64,000 bases of DNA from Utricularia gibba (taxonomy: Eukaryota > Plantae > Magnoliophyta). The notes beneath the pieces were generated by a model. The model made no database searches and had not been told where the DNA came from. It saw nothing but the letters and a program-made list of their open reading frames with translations. This document shows, in pieces, positions 1 through 13,756 of this stretch. Each line of letters opens with the position of its first letter. Positions within the stretch are counted from its first letter, which is position 1. The stretch spans positions 1,116,001 through 1,180,000 of the forward strand of contig NEEC01000011.1 of the NCBI GenBank assembly GCA_002189035.1, written 5' to 3'. Both the position numbers and the translations under genes were made by a program.

Positions 1-261
1 TTAAGGGTGTTTTGTGCTACTTTTTTTCATAATTTACTTTATACTAAGAATAACTTATAAATAGTGAATGGTTGATTAGTATATATTTAAAAGTAAAAAA
101 ATAAGATGATGCTATTTGATTTTATTGGTTTATTTTTAATACTAAATACTATTTTACTGTTTTTTTATTAAATACTAAAACGTGTTTTTTTTTAGTTTAA
201 AAATATCATCAGCACATACTAGTCCTAAAATAGTATAGGCAAGTTTAGGTATTTTTGTATC

Positions 262-2425
262 TTATGACTTATCAGAGGTAATAATAAATGGAATATCCAA
301 CAAGATTTGACATGGACTTGGGTTTAGAAGGAAAGGTTTTACAGGACTCTTGTGGTTAACATCATTTGTTGAGAGCAAGGGAATTGAACTATAGTATCCT
401 CCAAACATACTATTTTCTTCGAAATTCATGTGTATGAATTCTTTTATGTTGGTATTTGGACTTGTGCTTATATGGTAAGGTGTATCACTAGCACTTGTAA
501 GATATGGTATTCTTTGGAGAATTTTCCGAGTTTCTGTACAACAAGTAGAAGAAATTGTTGTAATAATCCAAGAGAAAACAATAGATTGTTGATCAGCAAA
601 TGGGGGTGATCCCTTCATAAATTTTCCACTTCTAATATATACCTAAAGAGTTAAAGAAATTAGAAAAAAAACATTAAAACTAGTGTACTCGAATAAAACT
701 AGGTAATAGCTCATGTCGATCACTTCAATACTAATGAACAAAGCCAACACATTCTAACATTTGTCATCTTATCTTAGCTCTCATAATTACCATCAATGTT
801 TCATTCCATCCTACTCCAATCTATTGTTGCATATTCATTTATATCTTCCAATCCCTCTTCATATTATACCATGTCAATTTTGAGGATTGAAACTACTATT
901 TATAATATTTCTAATGTGTAATTGTTTCACAAAGGCCACATCTCATCAAGGGCTCGTTTGGTATAATGTTATAATTTGTTCAGTCTTAAATAAGAATGAA
1001 ACTAATTTACATAAAAATGAATGATTTCAAAAAGCTAAAAGTGTTTTTTGTAGAGTGTTACTTTTTTTTTTCAATGGCATTGTACAGAGTTTTACTTAAA
1101 ACATTATTATGTATCATGTGTTTGATTCTAACAATTATAAATCAGTCAAAAAAAAGAAAGAAAATTGAAAAAATGAATCAAGGAATGGCACGTGACCATG
1201 GTGAGCAAAGCCACATATTGCTATCGTACTAAAACTTAATGCTGCTGTTGGTAAAAGCAAGGAAGAAGTGCTAGACTCATGTGAAAAAGGCGATTTGAAG
1301 AAAAGAGACGGAGGAACGAGCAAAAATGAAAGTCCGTGATGAGTGGTGTTAACAAATTCAGAAGTCTATGGAATTCATCCCTGTAGTTTATCTGATGCGC
1401 TTGAGATTGGCGCTGTGCTTGAAGAGTAAAAGCTTGCAAACAAGTTGGGGAAGGATAGAAACCCTATAACTTGATCAATTTAACTACAAAGTGAGTTGTG
1501 AACTTTCTGTTGAACTTTGTTAGTTTTGGATTTCAGAGAAATATTCTTAGGTTGCAAGGAGCGACTTTAGAATGGTTGAAGTTACAAAAAAAAAAAAAAA
1601 AACTTTAGGTAAGCATGATGATTGATTATGATGCTCAAAGTTTCATTCTTTTTAAATTCATGTGCTACTTATGTGTTATATGTTATTTCTCATGCTTAAG
1701 GTGGGGATTCATGATTTTTGTAGCCTTGCATATCTAGTTTCCAAAGCAAAAGGAATGATTTTGTTTGGAGCTTTAGGGAAGAATATCTCATTTATGCAAA
1801 AACATTGCTGACTTTGTGAGGTTTTCTACATAAAACCGTCTTAATCCATATCTTTTTACTGAAAGGCTTCCTCCTACTTCCCAATGAGGTATCTGTCAGT
1901 GATTCTCATAGCATATACAAATTTTAAAACAATTTAGAATTAATGCTACAAGTCTCTTCACTTGATACCTATTTGTGTAATGGTGTTTTTGTGAGATAGA
2001 AAATGTTGAGAGAGTTGTTGATGCAGACTCTCATAAGACAAGGACTCCCTAGATAATTCAAACTGAGGATTGACCACATCTAATATTATAACCATAGAAG
2101 AATGACCACACTTACACCAAGTGATTTTAAAAGAGTAAGTGGGATCCCTTCCACCAGCCCACTAAAATATATGTCACTTTCACTTCTTCTACCTAATTTC
2201 TGGGATAATCCAATGAAGTCTCACCGAGTAGGAGTTATCGTTGCATAATAATATTAAGATATGCTAATGACACACATTATCCCCTTGGCATGCTTTTTTT
2301 GGAGTCTCTCATCTTTTAATAACCTTCAAATTATGTTTCTTTCCTCTTTGTTTAAAAATTTCATGGCCATGATAGTTTATGATATTCCAAAGAAGCATAA
2401 GGGGAAATCTAGATCAAGATCCATG
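262..2425 (-). pseudogene. Degenerate F-box/LRR(FBD)-like gene, family 1 copy 1
   Basis: Segments are homologous to 5620-7540 (inverted), 26400-27135 and 41300-44650. Frame-broken translations give an F-box-like motif (clearest in copy 2, ...PIGRRDATHSLKTTWYKF), an LRR-like LFSSNxLxxxxLxLLPCF and an FBD-like VKPFLLNPSP. Many stops and frameshifts; the family call is tentative. Confidence 0.45.
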
Positions 2426-3545
2426 CTTGAGTTTGGAGGCAAGATTGGACACTTACATTATGTGCTCCCTGATGCTTCCACCGAGTTTGTACTTCATTTT
2501 AAGCAATTGATTGAGTAGAGTACTTCAGCTTGATTGCTTTTAGCAAAGCGTTTCTCTATTTCATTGAGAAATTCTTGAGCATCAGCAATCTCATGAGAAA
2601 CAGTATCCATGAACATTTCAGGAATGCCACACGCTTAATCACCATAAAGCTTATCCAATTAGAGCTCTCTCAACTATCATAATATATTCTTTCCTCACGA
2701 GTACAATTTTCTTGAAGAGGTGGTGGCTTCTCTTCTCGAAGTGCCAGATCAAGATCCATGCGGTCTAAAGCAATCATCACATTTTCTTTCCCAATCCTTT
2801 AAGTTGGTACTTTGAAGTACAAGAATGGCATTCATGGTGGCTGAAGCGGTGGCTAAAGTTGCTGAAAAGAGAAGAAAATTGACTCACCATTAGATAAAAA
2901 GTAAAACAAATAGAGGTATATCCCATCATAACACATCTAATTACATCAATATTCTATCTTTGGACAGAATATTAATTAATCAGTGATCTTGGAGTAGTAA
3001 TTAAACATTGATAATAAAATACACATCAAGAGGTGAACCTTCCTTTAGCTAGATTCACAACTTATATGCAAAACACAATAAATATCACTATGTTATTACT
3101 ACAAATGCATCCTTATAATTTACATCCAACATTTATCTTCCTTTGGGAAGACTAATATTTTCAAAAAATTAAATACGCATTATCCTCCTATGCATCAAAC
3201 TTAAAAGAAACTTTCATAGAGAGGATATTTTGGCAACATCATATGATTATTAATTTCAATTCAAATAAATACCAACATGTTCTATATTTATCTCATAAAT
3301 ATATAAACATCAAGAAAAAGAAACCGCAGGGATTTCATTGTAAAGAACAATATGAAAAATCCTAATCATCTAAATATAACTTGAGTTCGAAAATTCTTTT
3401 CATGTCACCAGAAAAATGAAATCCAAAAACAATATAGTTTGAAATATTTTAAAATTGATGTACCCTTTTTTCTTTCAAAAACAAGGTTTTAGAAAATCAT
3501 AGAAGCAAAAGAAATCCTCAAAAATTTCAACACTGCTCTGATACA
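2426..3545 (-). mobile_element. Ty1/copia (Bianca-like) 5' internal region with truncated gag
   Basis: Minus strand 2890->2426 reads, with frameshifts, NLKDWKENVMIALDRMDLDLALREEKP...WERSNWISFMVIKRGIPE...AQEFLNEIEKRFAKS...ASKLK (copia gag). A tRNA-iMet PBS-like site (plus strand GCTCTGATACA) lies at ~3535-3545 next to the LTR. Confidence 0.75.
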
Positions 3546-3548
3546 AGT

Positions 3549-3939
3549 TGTTAGAAGCAAAAGTGCAAATATATACCAGAATTCATGACTCGAGAATGTC
3601 TTGTTAGAAATAAAGCAAAAATGAGGATCTTCCAAAAAATACACCAACTTGGAAAGCTTTCAAGCAATCTCCATCTCTCAACCGATGGGACGTCAAGAAA
3701 AAGTTTGATATTTTCTTGGGAACCATGACACCTCTATTTATAGAGTCGAGAATTTTTATTTATCGCATCACTAAATAAAAACTTGCACATTAGTCCTGAC
3801 ACAATAACCAATAAAACCAATCAAAAACCATCTTATAAAATTATTCAAACAATAATAATAAATTGATCACTTTATTATTATTTGGATTAAGGACAAATTT
3901 AATGCATATGGGCCCTTAAAATTAGAATAAATTCTAACA
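3549..3939 (-). mobile_element. 5' LTR of the Bianca-like copia element
   Basis: Termini TGTTAGAA...TTCTAACA form an 8-bp inverted repeat, 391 bp apart, 3 bp from the PBS. Confidence 0.75.
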
Positions 3940-3944
3940 GATGA

Positions 3945-5165
3945 CACCTCTGTTTTAGTACCAGAGGTTACTGAGCTATCATCATATGAAGAGGCGGTTG
4001 GTGATCCTCGTTATGTATTGCCCATGACTGATGAAACGGGAGCCATGAATTTGAGCAACACATGGGACATTGTTGCATGGCCGAATGATGGAAATGTGAT
4101 TGGTAGCAAAAGGGTTTATAAGATTAAATATAAACCTGATGGCTCGGTGGACAGGTTCAAGGCAGGAGTGGTAGCTCTCAGTTTTACACAACAGTTTGGG
4201 GTGAATTATGTTAAGACATTCAGGAGGCTGTTCCATATAAGCCTCTTCCTGTAACTCACTATGTAGAAAGGCATTTTTAACATCTAATAAATGTAGAGGC
4301 CAATCATGACATAAAGCTAGGCATAACACAATGCGAACAACAGGTTCAAGGATCCTGTAAAGCCTACATATGATGATATGCCAACATATGCATCAGCCTA
4401 CATATGATGATACGGAATCTGTAAAGCCCATATTACGCTATGTGCATGGGACACTAAATGATGGAATCGCATTGCATAAGGATCCTATTGAACAACTCCA
4501 GTTATCTTCGAACCATGGCTTCTATGATGCAGATTGGGCCCAACCAGTTCAACTAGCGGTTTTTGTGTTTATCTTGGTCGAAGTTTAGTAGCTTGAAAGA
4601 GTAAGAAGCAGAGGAGAGTGGCTCGTTCAAGGACCGAAGCTGAGTATGGGGCTCTTGCTGCAACACGTGATTTGGATAAGAAAAGTAGTTCACTTCTTAA
4701 CATCTCCCATAGAAAGATCACAACTCTTTTGCAACAACAAGAGTGTCATTGTCCATTCCCTTGAATCCGACCTCCATGATCGAACAAAACACATTGAAAT
4801 TGACTATCATTTTATTCATGAAAGGTTGAAGATGGTGATAACAGTGCAGTATCTTTGCTCAGATAATTATATTGGAGACATTTACAAAGGCTCTTAGCAG
4901 AAGTCGTCATGATTATTTCTATAGCAAACTCACAACTTGGTACACGTGTGAGTTTGCTATATAATTATTAGAAAAGTTGAAATAATGATTAGAAAGTTGG
5001 GGAGTTATGTATATTTCAATAATTTGAGGGTATAATTACATATATATAAAGAAGAACCCTAGCAGAATTGGCTGTCGGCGTTTTGCTGCTGGGTTTGAAA
5101 GCACTTTTCGTCTCCCTCAAGACTCAAACACGCAGTGGTCTTTCTCAAGCTCAACAAATTCAACA
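3945..5165 (+). mobile_element. Ty1/copia RT-RNase H remnant with putative 3' LTR
   Basis: Translations NTWDIVAWPNDGNVIGSKRVYKIKYKPDGSVDRFKA, GFYDADWA and HDRTKHIEIDYHFIHER. An LTR-like tail at ~4950-5165 ends ATTCAACA directly against the hAT 3' segment. Confidence 0.85.
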
Positions 5166-5617
5166 CCTTCATGACACCTTACATCGCAAAATGCAAAGAA
5201 CTTCGATATTTCCTCTAATATCAATTTGTTCAGACTAGAAAGGGATACCATCGTTGTCAAGAGCAAAAATGACTCTAATTTGATGGTTATTTTCTCCTGA
5301 GGTGAGAAGCTATCACCTTTTTAAATAATTTTATTATTTTCCAATTTTAGCTAATAATAAAATAATATAAATAGCATAACTAATAAATAAGTCCATAGTA
5401 TGTCAAATAAAACATAAATAAATAATATGAATAACAAAGTTCTAAATAGAAACATCAAACGCAAGATAAGCAAACAATGAATAACTAAAAATCATTTTCA
5501 TCCACATCATTTGTTGTATAATTAACATCATCAAATTCATTATTATAAAAAACAAATAGAATGATTTCATCCCTATCAACTATATCTTTCTGGATCTTCC
5601 TCTTCCTCATTTTCATT
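5166..5617 (-). mobile_element. 3' end of hAT transposon (transposase C-terminus ...EEEEDPERYS* and downstream region)
   Basis: Homologous to 32460-32930 and 52825-53120, which are contiguous with recognisable hAT transposase sequence. Confidence 0.6.
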
Positions 5618-5619
5618 AT

Positions 5620-7540
5620 GACCGAGTTGCTCATAAACACGTTTCTTACAGATTATTACAGCTTTCAAATAACACGAAAGCTCTGCAAATGTAGAATAAA
5701 CTAGAAAGTTACTGTCTAATCGATCAGTGTTTTTTGCCACTATGGATCTTGTCTTAGACTTCCTCCTCATGCCTAATGTCCTTGTGGTCATGGGCATGAA
5801 ATTTTAAAACAAAGACACATGAAACATAATTTGAAGATTATTAAAAGATGAGAGATTCAAAAAAAGCATGCCAAGCGAATACTATGTATCTTTAGAATAT
5901 CTTACTATTATTGCACAATGATGACTCCTACCCAATGAGCCTTGGTTGAATTATTCCAGACATTAGATAAAAGAAGTGAAACTGACTTCTATTTCAGCCA
6001 ATTGGTAGAAGGGATGCCACTCACTCCCTTAAAACCACTTGGTATAAGTTTGGTCACTCTTCCATGGTTTTCAACATGCAATCTACTTCATTAGATGTGG
6101 TCAATCCTCAGTTCGAAATGTCTCAGAAATGCTTCTTCTATGAAAGTATGCTCTAACAACTTTCCCAAGATTTTCTCTCACAAAAACATAAAGTCTGTTT
6201 TGTATACAAAATTTATTGAAGTGGACTTTGTTTGATTTCTAAAAATTCTTATATTTAATCATTATATAATAAAATCAAAAATTCAAATTCGATAATTAAC
6301 TTCATAAATTATTTAATTTCTTAAATATTTTTTTAGTAATTAAATAATATATTAATTAAAAAATTACACTATTTAATTTTTATTTATTTTAAAAAATATA
6401 TTTATATCCTAATATTAAATTATTTATATATTTTAATATAATAAACTTTACAATACATATTTTATAATTTATATTATAATATTATACTATTCCAGAAAAT
6501 AATTTATAATTTTAAAATTTATTTTAATTATATAATTTCAAAACTAATTCTATTATATATAAATTGAATTATAGGCTCAAATTATACAAACGACCCATAA
6601 TCACACAAAGAGACATCAAGCGTAGACACTTGTAGTGTTAATTCTAAATTTCCTTAAAATTCTTATATGCTATGAAAATCACTGACTGATGCCTCATTTA
6701 GAATATGCTATAAAAAGATATTAATTATTGTTATGTATTCAAAATGGTTTTATATAGAAAAGCTCATAGAATGAGCAACATTTTCGCAAAAACCATTTAT
6801 TTTGCTTTAGAAACTAGATATACAAGGATACAACAATCATGAATACCAATAGTGAAAATTCCTGCCTTAAGCATAAAAAATTACATAGAATACATAGTAA
6901 GAACATGAACTTAAAAAGAATGAAATTTCATGATAGTCAATCATTCTAGTTTTTCCCTAACTTCAACCCAATAAAATCTTTCCTTACAACCTAAGAATTT
7001 CCCCTGAAATCCCATTATTCTTAAATAGTACCTAATAACCAAGTTCAATAAAAACTTTATAACTCACTTTACAGTTAAATTGATCGACTTATAAGGTTTC
7101 TATCCTTACCCCAACTTGTATGTAGACTTCCACCCATCAAGCACAGCATCAATCTCAAGCGCATCAGCTAAACTACAGGGCTGAATTACATAGATTTTTG
7201 AATTCGATAACACCACTTACCATGGCCCATAATCGAACAACTCACCCATCGTATTTCTTCTTCTTGTTGCGTGTGTTGCTTTCTTTTCATTTTTGCTCAT
7301 TTCTCCCCTCTCTTTTCTTCAAATCCCCTTTTGCACCTGATTCTAGCACTTCTTCCTTGCTTTCACCAACAGCCGCATTAAGTTATACTACAAAATGAGT
7401 CTAGCAACATGTGGCTGTTCTCCCCATGGCCACTTGACCATTCTTTCGTTCATTTTGTCAATTTGCTGTCCAATATTCTTTCCTCTTCTTTTTTTTTGAC
7501 TGATTTATAATTATTATAATAAAACACGTGACAGGTAATA
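5620..7540 (+). pseudogene. Degenerate F-box/LRR-like gene, family 1 copy 2 (inverted, 3'-truncated)
   Basis: Reverse-complement homology to 1130-2425 and 43000-44820, for example TTGCTCATAAACACGTTTCTTACAGATTAT versus 44784-44815. Confidence 0.5.
6191..6596. mobile_element. Tourist-like MITE inside F-box copy 2
   Basis: Extremely AT-rich insert with ends AGTCTGTTTTGTATAC / TATACAAACGACCC and TAA/TTA-type flanks. Absent at the homologous site in copy 1 (~1975). Confidence 0.5.
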
Positions 7541-8606
7541 ATGTTTTAAGTAACACTCCTCATGATAAGTTAAATAAGCTTTCCGAGTTGTTGGAGGTGG
7601 AGAGTGTGAGCTTTTGTCATTGAGCTGCTTCATACACTTTTAAAGAGAATTATTTAGTGTTTCAATGGAGAAGTACTCGAATGAAATGCAATTAGAAGTC
7701 GGCTATTTATAATCCAACTAGAAATTCTGTTGTGCATAAAATGTCTCACTTTTCTGTATAATGAATTGCACCATGTTGACATTATAATCATCATAATTAT
7801 CTACATCCTCTGTGAAAAATTTTTACTTCTAAAAAATACTTTATCAATAATTTTTTATTAAATGCGGGTGTTTTTACTCAAAAAATAAAACACATTATTT
7901 TTCAAAAGTTGTGTAAATCTATTATTTTTTATTAAAATCACCTTTTTTAAAGAGAATCTTAATTTGTGTGAAGCTGATTTGTTTCCACATTTTATCATGC
8001 CAAATATTATTAGTTCTTATTCTTTGAAAATATGGTATTATTAATATATGCTGTTAAATATCATGTATATGTGATTCTCGATGTTTTCCAATTTATTCAA
8101 ATAGATATTCATGTTGAAAAGCTACTATTGCAACGTATTATCTGGTATATCCACATAATTAATTTCCATTGTTTGATCCCATATTATTTTGAATGCGGTT
8201 AAATCTCTATTCTTTGTTAGAATGATATTCCACAGTATTTGAAATATGTCCTTATCCAAGAAAATGTAACTGGAACGTGATTGTAAAGTCATTGACATAT
8301 CCATTTCTAAATGATTGCGGCAATCGTCATTTTTGGTGATAAGTGCTTCCTCTTTTCTACATATCTTGATTCTTGACTAAAATCCAAATGTAAATATCTT
8401 TAGATTTTTCATTTTTAAAAATATTAATGCATCGCAACCGCAAATGTATGATGATGTCGAGACTATAATTTCTAGTCTTGTAAGAGCGAGAATAACTAGT
8501 GATGTCTTGATGTCTATGTCATGTGAGTGTTAAGAAAACTAAAGGGTCAAAAATAACCTTCTTTGTAATTTTAGAGGTTAGGGGACCAAATTGGGGCTTT
8601 TCTTCG

Positions 8607-8614
8607 AAACCCTA
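8607..8614 (+). promoter_or_regulatory. Telo-box-like motif AAACCCTA upstream of the PDS5-like gene
   Basis: Exact 8-mer about 500 bp upstream of the ATG. It is short and could occur by chance. Confidence 0.25.
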
Positions 8615-9104
8615 TAATCGGGGGCATTATTGTCATTGAATTTTAGAGCAATTGACATTGGACTACTGAACACCTGGTACATGTACGAGCAAACACTAAT
8701 CGCGTTAATGCATTTTTTTTTCCCGAAGAGAAAGAAAATGTTCCTTGGGGAAGATGGAAAAGGATTTGTTCTCGGCGAACCCACGGATTTCAACAAGTAT
8801 TGTCAAAGCTTGACCGGAAGAAACAATACGCGAGGGTTTATATGAGGTTCACTGCATGAAAGCCATTTCGCTAGAGACGCATCCTCTTTTATCCCTCCTT
8901 TGCTTTTTACATCGTAAACATTAGCTGTGTCTGGGTGCTTTTCCCTGTTATGCATATACGCCCTCGAGGTACATTCGTTTCCCTACGTGGGTTTTTTTTC
9001 TGGGGCTGCTTCCAGTGACTGATAGTGGGGTAATTTTTTTGTATTGTGTGTTCTGCGTGCTTTGATTTTCGTTTTCTAATATTTGTTTCACTTGATTTGA
9101 AAGA

Positions 9105-12100
9105 ATGGTATCTTCAGCTGGAAGTCATACGGAAGAGGAGGAGAATGAGGTTTGGGAGGTTGGAAATGCTCTTCTTAGTCCTCCACCTTCACGCGATGAA
9201 CTTCTCGATCTCCTCCGTGTTAGTATACCCTTTTGCTTTTAACTTTTGCTGCCCTTTCTCACTTACCCGCTTGTTTATGTGTCTTTTATGTTTGGTTTGT
9301 AATGTAAATCTTGTTTTTTGGACTTAGTTTGTGTGGTGTCAGGGAAGGGTCCTTCTATGACGACTGCGCTTAATTATCGAAGAAAACTTTGAACCCCTTC
9401 GCCGTGACCTGTAATTCTTTATTCGTGTTATATGCAAAAGGATATCCGTAGTCTGAGTAGCCTCAAGCATTGATTATTGTTTTTTTTTTCTTGGAATTTG
9501 GGGTTTTTAGTTTATTCAGATGGGTGTTAAACATTAGTAAAGGAAGGTATGCAACTTCTAAATGTAACCTATCACTCTTCTTGTCATAAATAACATTTTT
9601 AGTTACAGGGCGAAAGGTCTCGCTTGGTGATGTGTGCCATGTCTATAGGAGTTTTGTGGATGTCATGGAATATTTGGACTAATTTTTTAAGGAGCATGAC
9701 ACCCAGATTATAAATTAAATCAACAACAGAACTATGGATCTAATTATAGCAATTTTTATCTCTAATTTCATCTTCTTAGTTGTTTTCTTTTTAATTCAGT
9801 TTTCATATTTAATTACCTGGGTTGTAATGTTTCTACTTTCAGAAGGCAGAGATTGCTTTGACTGATATTTCTCAGGAGCCATCCCAGGCCACAGCAAAAG
9901 CACTTCTCCCAATGATGAATGCTTTGATATCTGAAGAGATTTTTAAGCACTCTGATGGAGATATTCAAGTAGCAGTTGCTGCTTGTCTCAATGAGCTTAC
10001 CAGAATCACAGCACCTGAATACTCTTACTCTGATGAATTAATGCAGGTTATACCCTTAATTCATTAGCTTACACTGGTATATTACTTGTTTTCACTTTCT
10101 GGTGACTTTCAGTATGAAACAAAACTAACAGCTTTTTTTTCGAGTGATCAGGATATTTTCAGATTGTTCATGGTTGCACTCAAGCAACTACCTTCTGGGA
10201 CAGACATGAATTTTATGAGAGCTTTACGGATTGTGAATACAATGGCCACAATCAGAACATGCGTCATGATGTGGGACTTAGCACTTGATGAATTGGTTGT
10301 TGAGATGTTCCAGATTTTTTTCAACACAATTGAGTGAGTATGAATTGTTGGACGTCATTTTGGTTATTTCATCTAAATCACTGCCACATTAGTGCGATGA
10401 TTGCGGTACCACTGTCATGCAATCATCTGGAGCCTGTATCTTTTTGGCCTAATTTTTTTCTCTTTTGCTTGTAACCTTCTCAAGGTTAAGGCCAAACGTA
10501 GATTTTTTGGAATCCATGCAAGCCATTTTGGTGATGATGATAAATGATAGTGATGACATCTCCATGAAGCTTCTGATACCTCTTTTGGAGAGCGTAAAGA
10601 CTGATAACAAGGTTAGGATTACATTCCTCGTCATAATTCCAGCAAACAATTTTTTTCTTTTTTGCATTATCCCATCTCATTGTAACGAAAAGAGGTCATT
10701 CTTATTTATTTCTTCAGAGTACATCACTGGCGTCCTGGAAATTGAGTGAAATTATTTTCAAGAAGTGTGCGACAAAGATCAAGCCTTATCTTAAGGCAGC
10801 TTGGAAGAAATTGAACTTGAACCTCGTTGACTATCCTGAAATAATAAGAGCACTGTGCGAGCACACTAGCAGATGTGGAAATGCGGTTTGTCCTTCCCAC
10901 TTTTTTGTTTGACATAAAATGGTTCATTTCGTTTTTTTTTTTTTTTGGTTCTTGCCTATTTTCCATAATACATTTGCTCTAACCAGGGAAGTAGCATTTA
11001 ATTGTATATTCTCCATATATAAAGTAGAGGTACATATTATCAGGAAGTTGCTGAAACATATATATTAAATTTGTGATTAGCATTGTTTGCATCAATTTTT
11101 AGTAGACTGATGTAGCTGTGGATATGCATTCCTTTTCTTTCTCCCTTTTTGAGATGCTGTGAACTTACTTAACTCTCAAAAGATTCACTTTTTTTTTGGA
11201 AAGGTGGATGAAGAAATTGTAGAAACTGATTTTTCTGTAGAGGGTGGTCTTTCTGCTGAGCCAGCTTCCTGTTTAAACGCCAATTCCAAGAGCAAGAAAG
11301 GAAAACCTTCTCTTGAAGTAAAAGAAGAGCATGATACCTCAATTAAGGCATTTAATTGTGCTCAAAATATTGTTGAACTCAAAAGTCGTAAGTGTATTAA
11401 TTGTCGAAAATTGTGAATAGTTCTGAAACATAAGTTTTAACACTGATCCTGATGTTGAAGCTGTGAAATGGTTCAGGAAATTCCCCAAATGAGTTGCACA
11501 CCATCTCACAGCAAAGGAGAAGGGGCAGAAGGCCGAATTCATTAGTTAGACCAGAAGAAGGGTATGAGCAACCTTGGACGGTTGGACGTGGACGTCCCAA
11601 AAAAGAAGGCCTTGACGGTAGTAGAACAGAAAATGGGCATAATTCTCTACTATATATCTAAAAGATTACATGCATGTTAATTATAACATTTCATTCTGTT
11701 CACTAAGGAATCAACCGTGGAAGTATTTCTTCCAAAAAGAAAGTGAACTCAGAAACTCCTAGTTCTAAGCTCTTAGGAGGGGAACGCTCTGAAATGTCAA
11801 TTCCAACGAAGCTAGGGTCTTCTGTAAGAGAAGAGACCTCCAAAGATTCAGTTCAGAGAAAGGTGAAACTTTCTGCCCCTGAGCCGATGGAAATTGACCA
11901 TCCCTTGGATTCAGTTCCAGAAAAGGAGAAGGTATAGTTTCTGTTACACTCTATCCAGATTTTAAATCTTTTCAGATTTATGCACTGATCAGTTTTCATG
12001 CAATGCTTACTCCAACGCAGAAGGTCAAGAGTTCAGATGATGATAGTATTGGGGAAAATTTGATTAAAACAAGAATAATGGTATGGTGGCCATTGGACAA

Positions 12101-13315
12101 AACGTAAGTGATGCTGCAGCTCTATGGTATCTGATCTTGACGTTTCCTAGATAACTTGTGTGAAACGATAATGTTGATGGGCGTGCACTTTCGGTTTGAT
12201 TGGTCAGCCCACATTCTTCTGTTATCAGTGACTCTCAACTTCTATGTTTGTTCTTCTGGTATTTTGCTAAACTTTTGTACATTGTTCTGAAGTTGAAGAT
12301 CATGTATTTACCCCGGATTTTAGCATTGGCAGGCAGGCTCTGATTTCAAATTCTTCTCTTACAGGTTTTACACAGGGACCGTTGAATCTTTTGATCCTGA
12401 AACGAAAAAGCACAAGGTACCATATAACACAACAGTATTATTTTATGGAAACTGATTGAATTTCATCACGGTTCTGATTTTTTTGCAGTTAGCCTTACTT
12501 TTAAGTTATGTTTTCTGAATGCAAGTCCCTAATTGGAAGCAAGTAGGCGCAAAACGATAACCATTTCTTCAATGTGTTTAGAAGACCTGAAATTATGTGC
12601 CCATTCATTTGCATGATATGCTATGTGCTCAGTGGATCTCCTCAGTCTCTATTTTACTGCAAAACGTCTTCAAAAAATGCTAGCACTTTCTCTTGAATGC
12701 TCTCAAGTATGAGCACTTCTTCACCCTTTTTTATGGTTTCCTTGCAGATTATATATGATGATGATGAGGAAGAACACTTGGACCTGAAAAATGAACGATG
12801 GGAAGTGTTCGTTGAAGGGCGTTCTAGACAAGTCATATTCTTTTGCAATATTTTCACATACTTTGTTACAGTCGTTTCTGTTGGTGATACCGTTGACTGT
12901 GTGGTTCGTTTTTCTGAACTCCTGCAAATTAATGAAGCTATTCTTGCAGATACTGGACGCTGGTAGCCCGCCTGCTACCAAAGACCATGACGAGTAAGTC
13001 CTCCTTGGCATGCTGTTGAAAATGCTCTGTGGATTTCCCATAGTATTTTAGTTGAAGCCATCCGTGGACTATTTGTAGGACCGAGAGTAAAAACGTGAAA
13101 AGAAAGAGAACTCCAAGCAACCAAGACGCTGCTGCTAGATCATCCAAAAGGTCTACTCTTTCCCTTCAGATAACATTTACAGTCGCTGAACATTATGTGG
13201 TACAACTTACGTCTCGATCAGTGCAGCATCGTCCTAATCGATCGTCGACCTTTGTCATGGCAGGTTGAAAGCAGAGTTCCCCAGCCGTGTGAAAACCAGA
13301 GTTTCAGTGAAGTGA
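9105..13315 (+). CDS. PDS5: Plant PDS5-like protein (N-terminal ARM/HEAT region, AT-hook-like motif, Tudor domain), 576 aa
   Basis: Exons 9105-9218, 9843-10046, 10152-10333, 10485-10611, 10718-10885, 11204-11387, 11477-11617, 11708-11931, 12021-12103, 12365-12416, 12748-12831, 12950-12993, 13079-13150 and 13264-13315 sum to 1731 nt, with consistent phases, GT-AG introns and no internal stop. Motifs are FKHSDGDIQVAVAACLNELTRITAPE (PDS5 N-terminus) and LIKTRIMVWWPLDKTFYTGTVESFDPETKKHKIIYDDDEEEHLDLKNERWE (Tudor). Confidence 0.88.
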
Positions 13316-13397
13316 TGATCCTTGTCAGCAGGGTGAGTAAGTTTTATATAGGAAGGGTCACAATTGTTGGGGCATTGGAATCCATACGCGTAGGAAT

Positions 13398-13445
13398 GTG
13401 ATTGTGGATGTGAATGTGAATGTGAATGTGGATGTGCATGTGCCA
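13398..13445 (+). repeat. Imperfect hexamer microsatellite (GTGAAT/GTGGAT)n in the presumed 3' UTR
   Basis: GTGATT GTGGAT GTGAAT GTGAAT GTGAAT GTGGAT GTGCAT GTG. Confidence 0.85.
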
Positions 13446-13756
13446 CCCCGTCCCTGACCTTTGGGCTCGGTGATCTGCGTCAGTGTTAAGCCAGCCCGTC
13501 ACTTGAGATTACTGCAAGGGGCTTGTTTTGTTCAAATTTGAGACTCCCTTTTATCAAAACTCCGTAACCATGATCTTTGTAATTGGGCTTGTTTCGAATC
13601 TGGGTTTTCAGTTTTAATCAACTTCAATCCAAATGAATCCGAACAAGCTACGCTACATTTGGGAAACGAGAGAAGTAAGATGAAAAGGGATGCTGAGAAG
13701 ATAATCAACGGATGAGGCGTCGGTTCAGCTGTTGCTAATGACGGGTGATTTAGGGC

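Noticed and set aside
2411-2761. Identical 16-mer AGATCAAGATCCATGC at 2411 and 2746 as a TSD or recombination signal
   Set aside because: Most of the first copy is also present in the other F-box copies and the second encodes gag MDLDL, so it is probably coincidental.
13255-13446. His-rich minus-strand ORF (MAHAHPHSHSHSHPQSHS)
   Set aside because: It is the antisense translation of a hexamer microsatellite in the PDS5-like 3' region.
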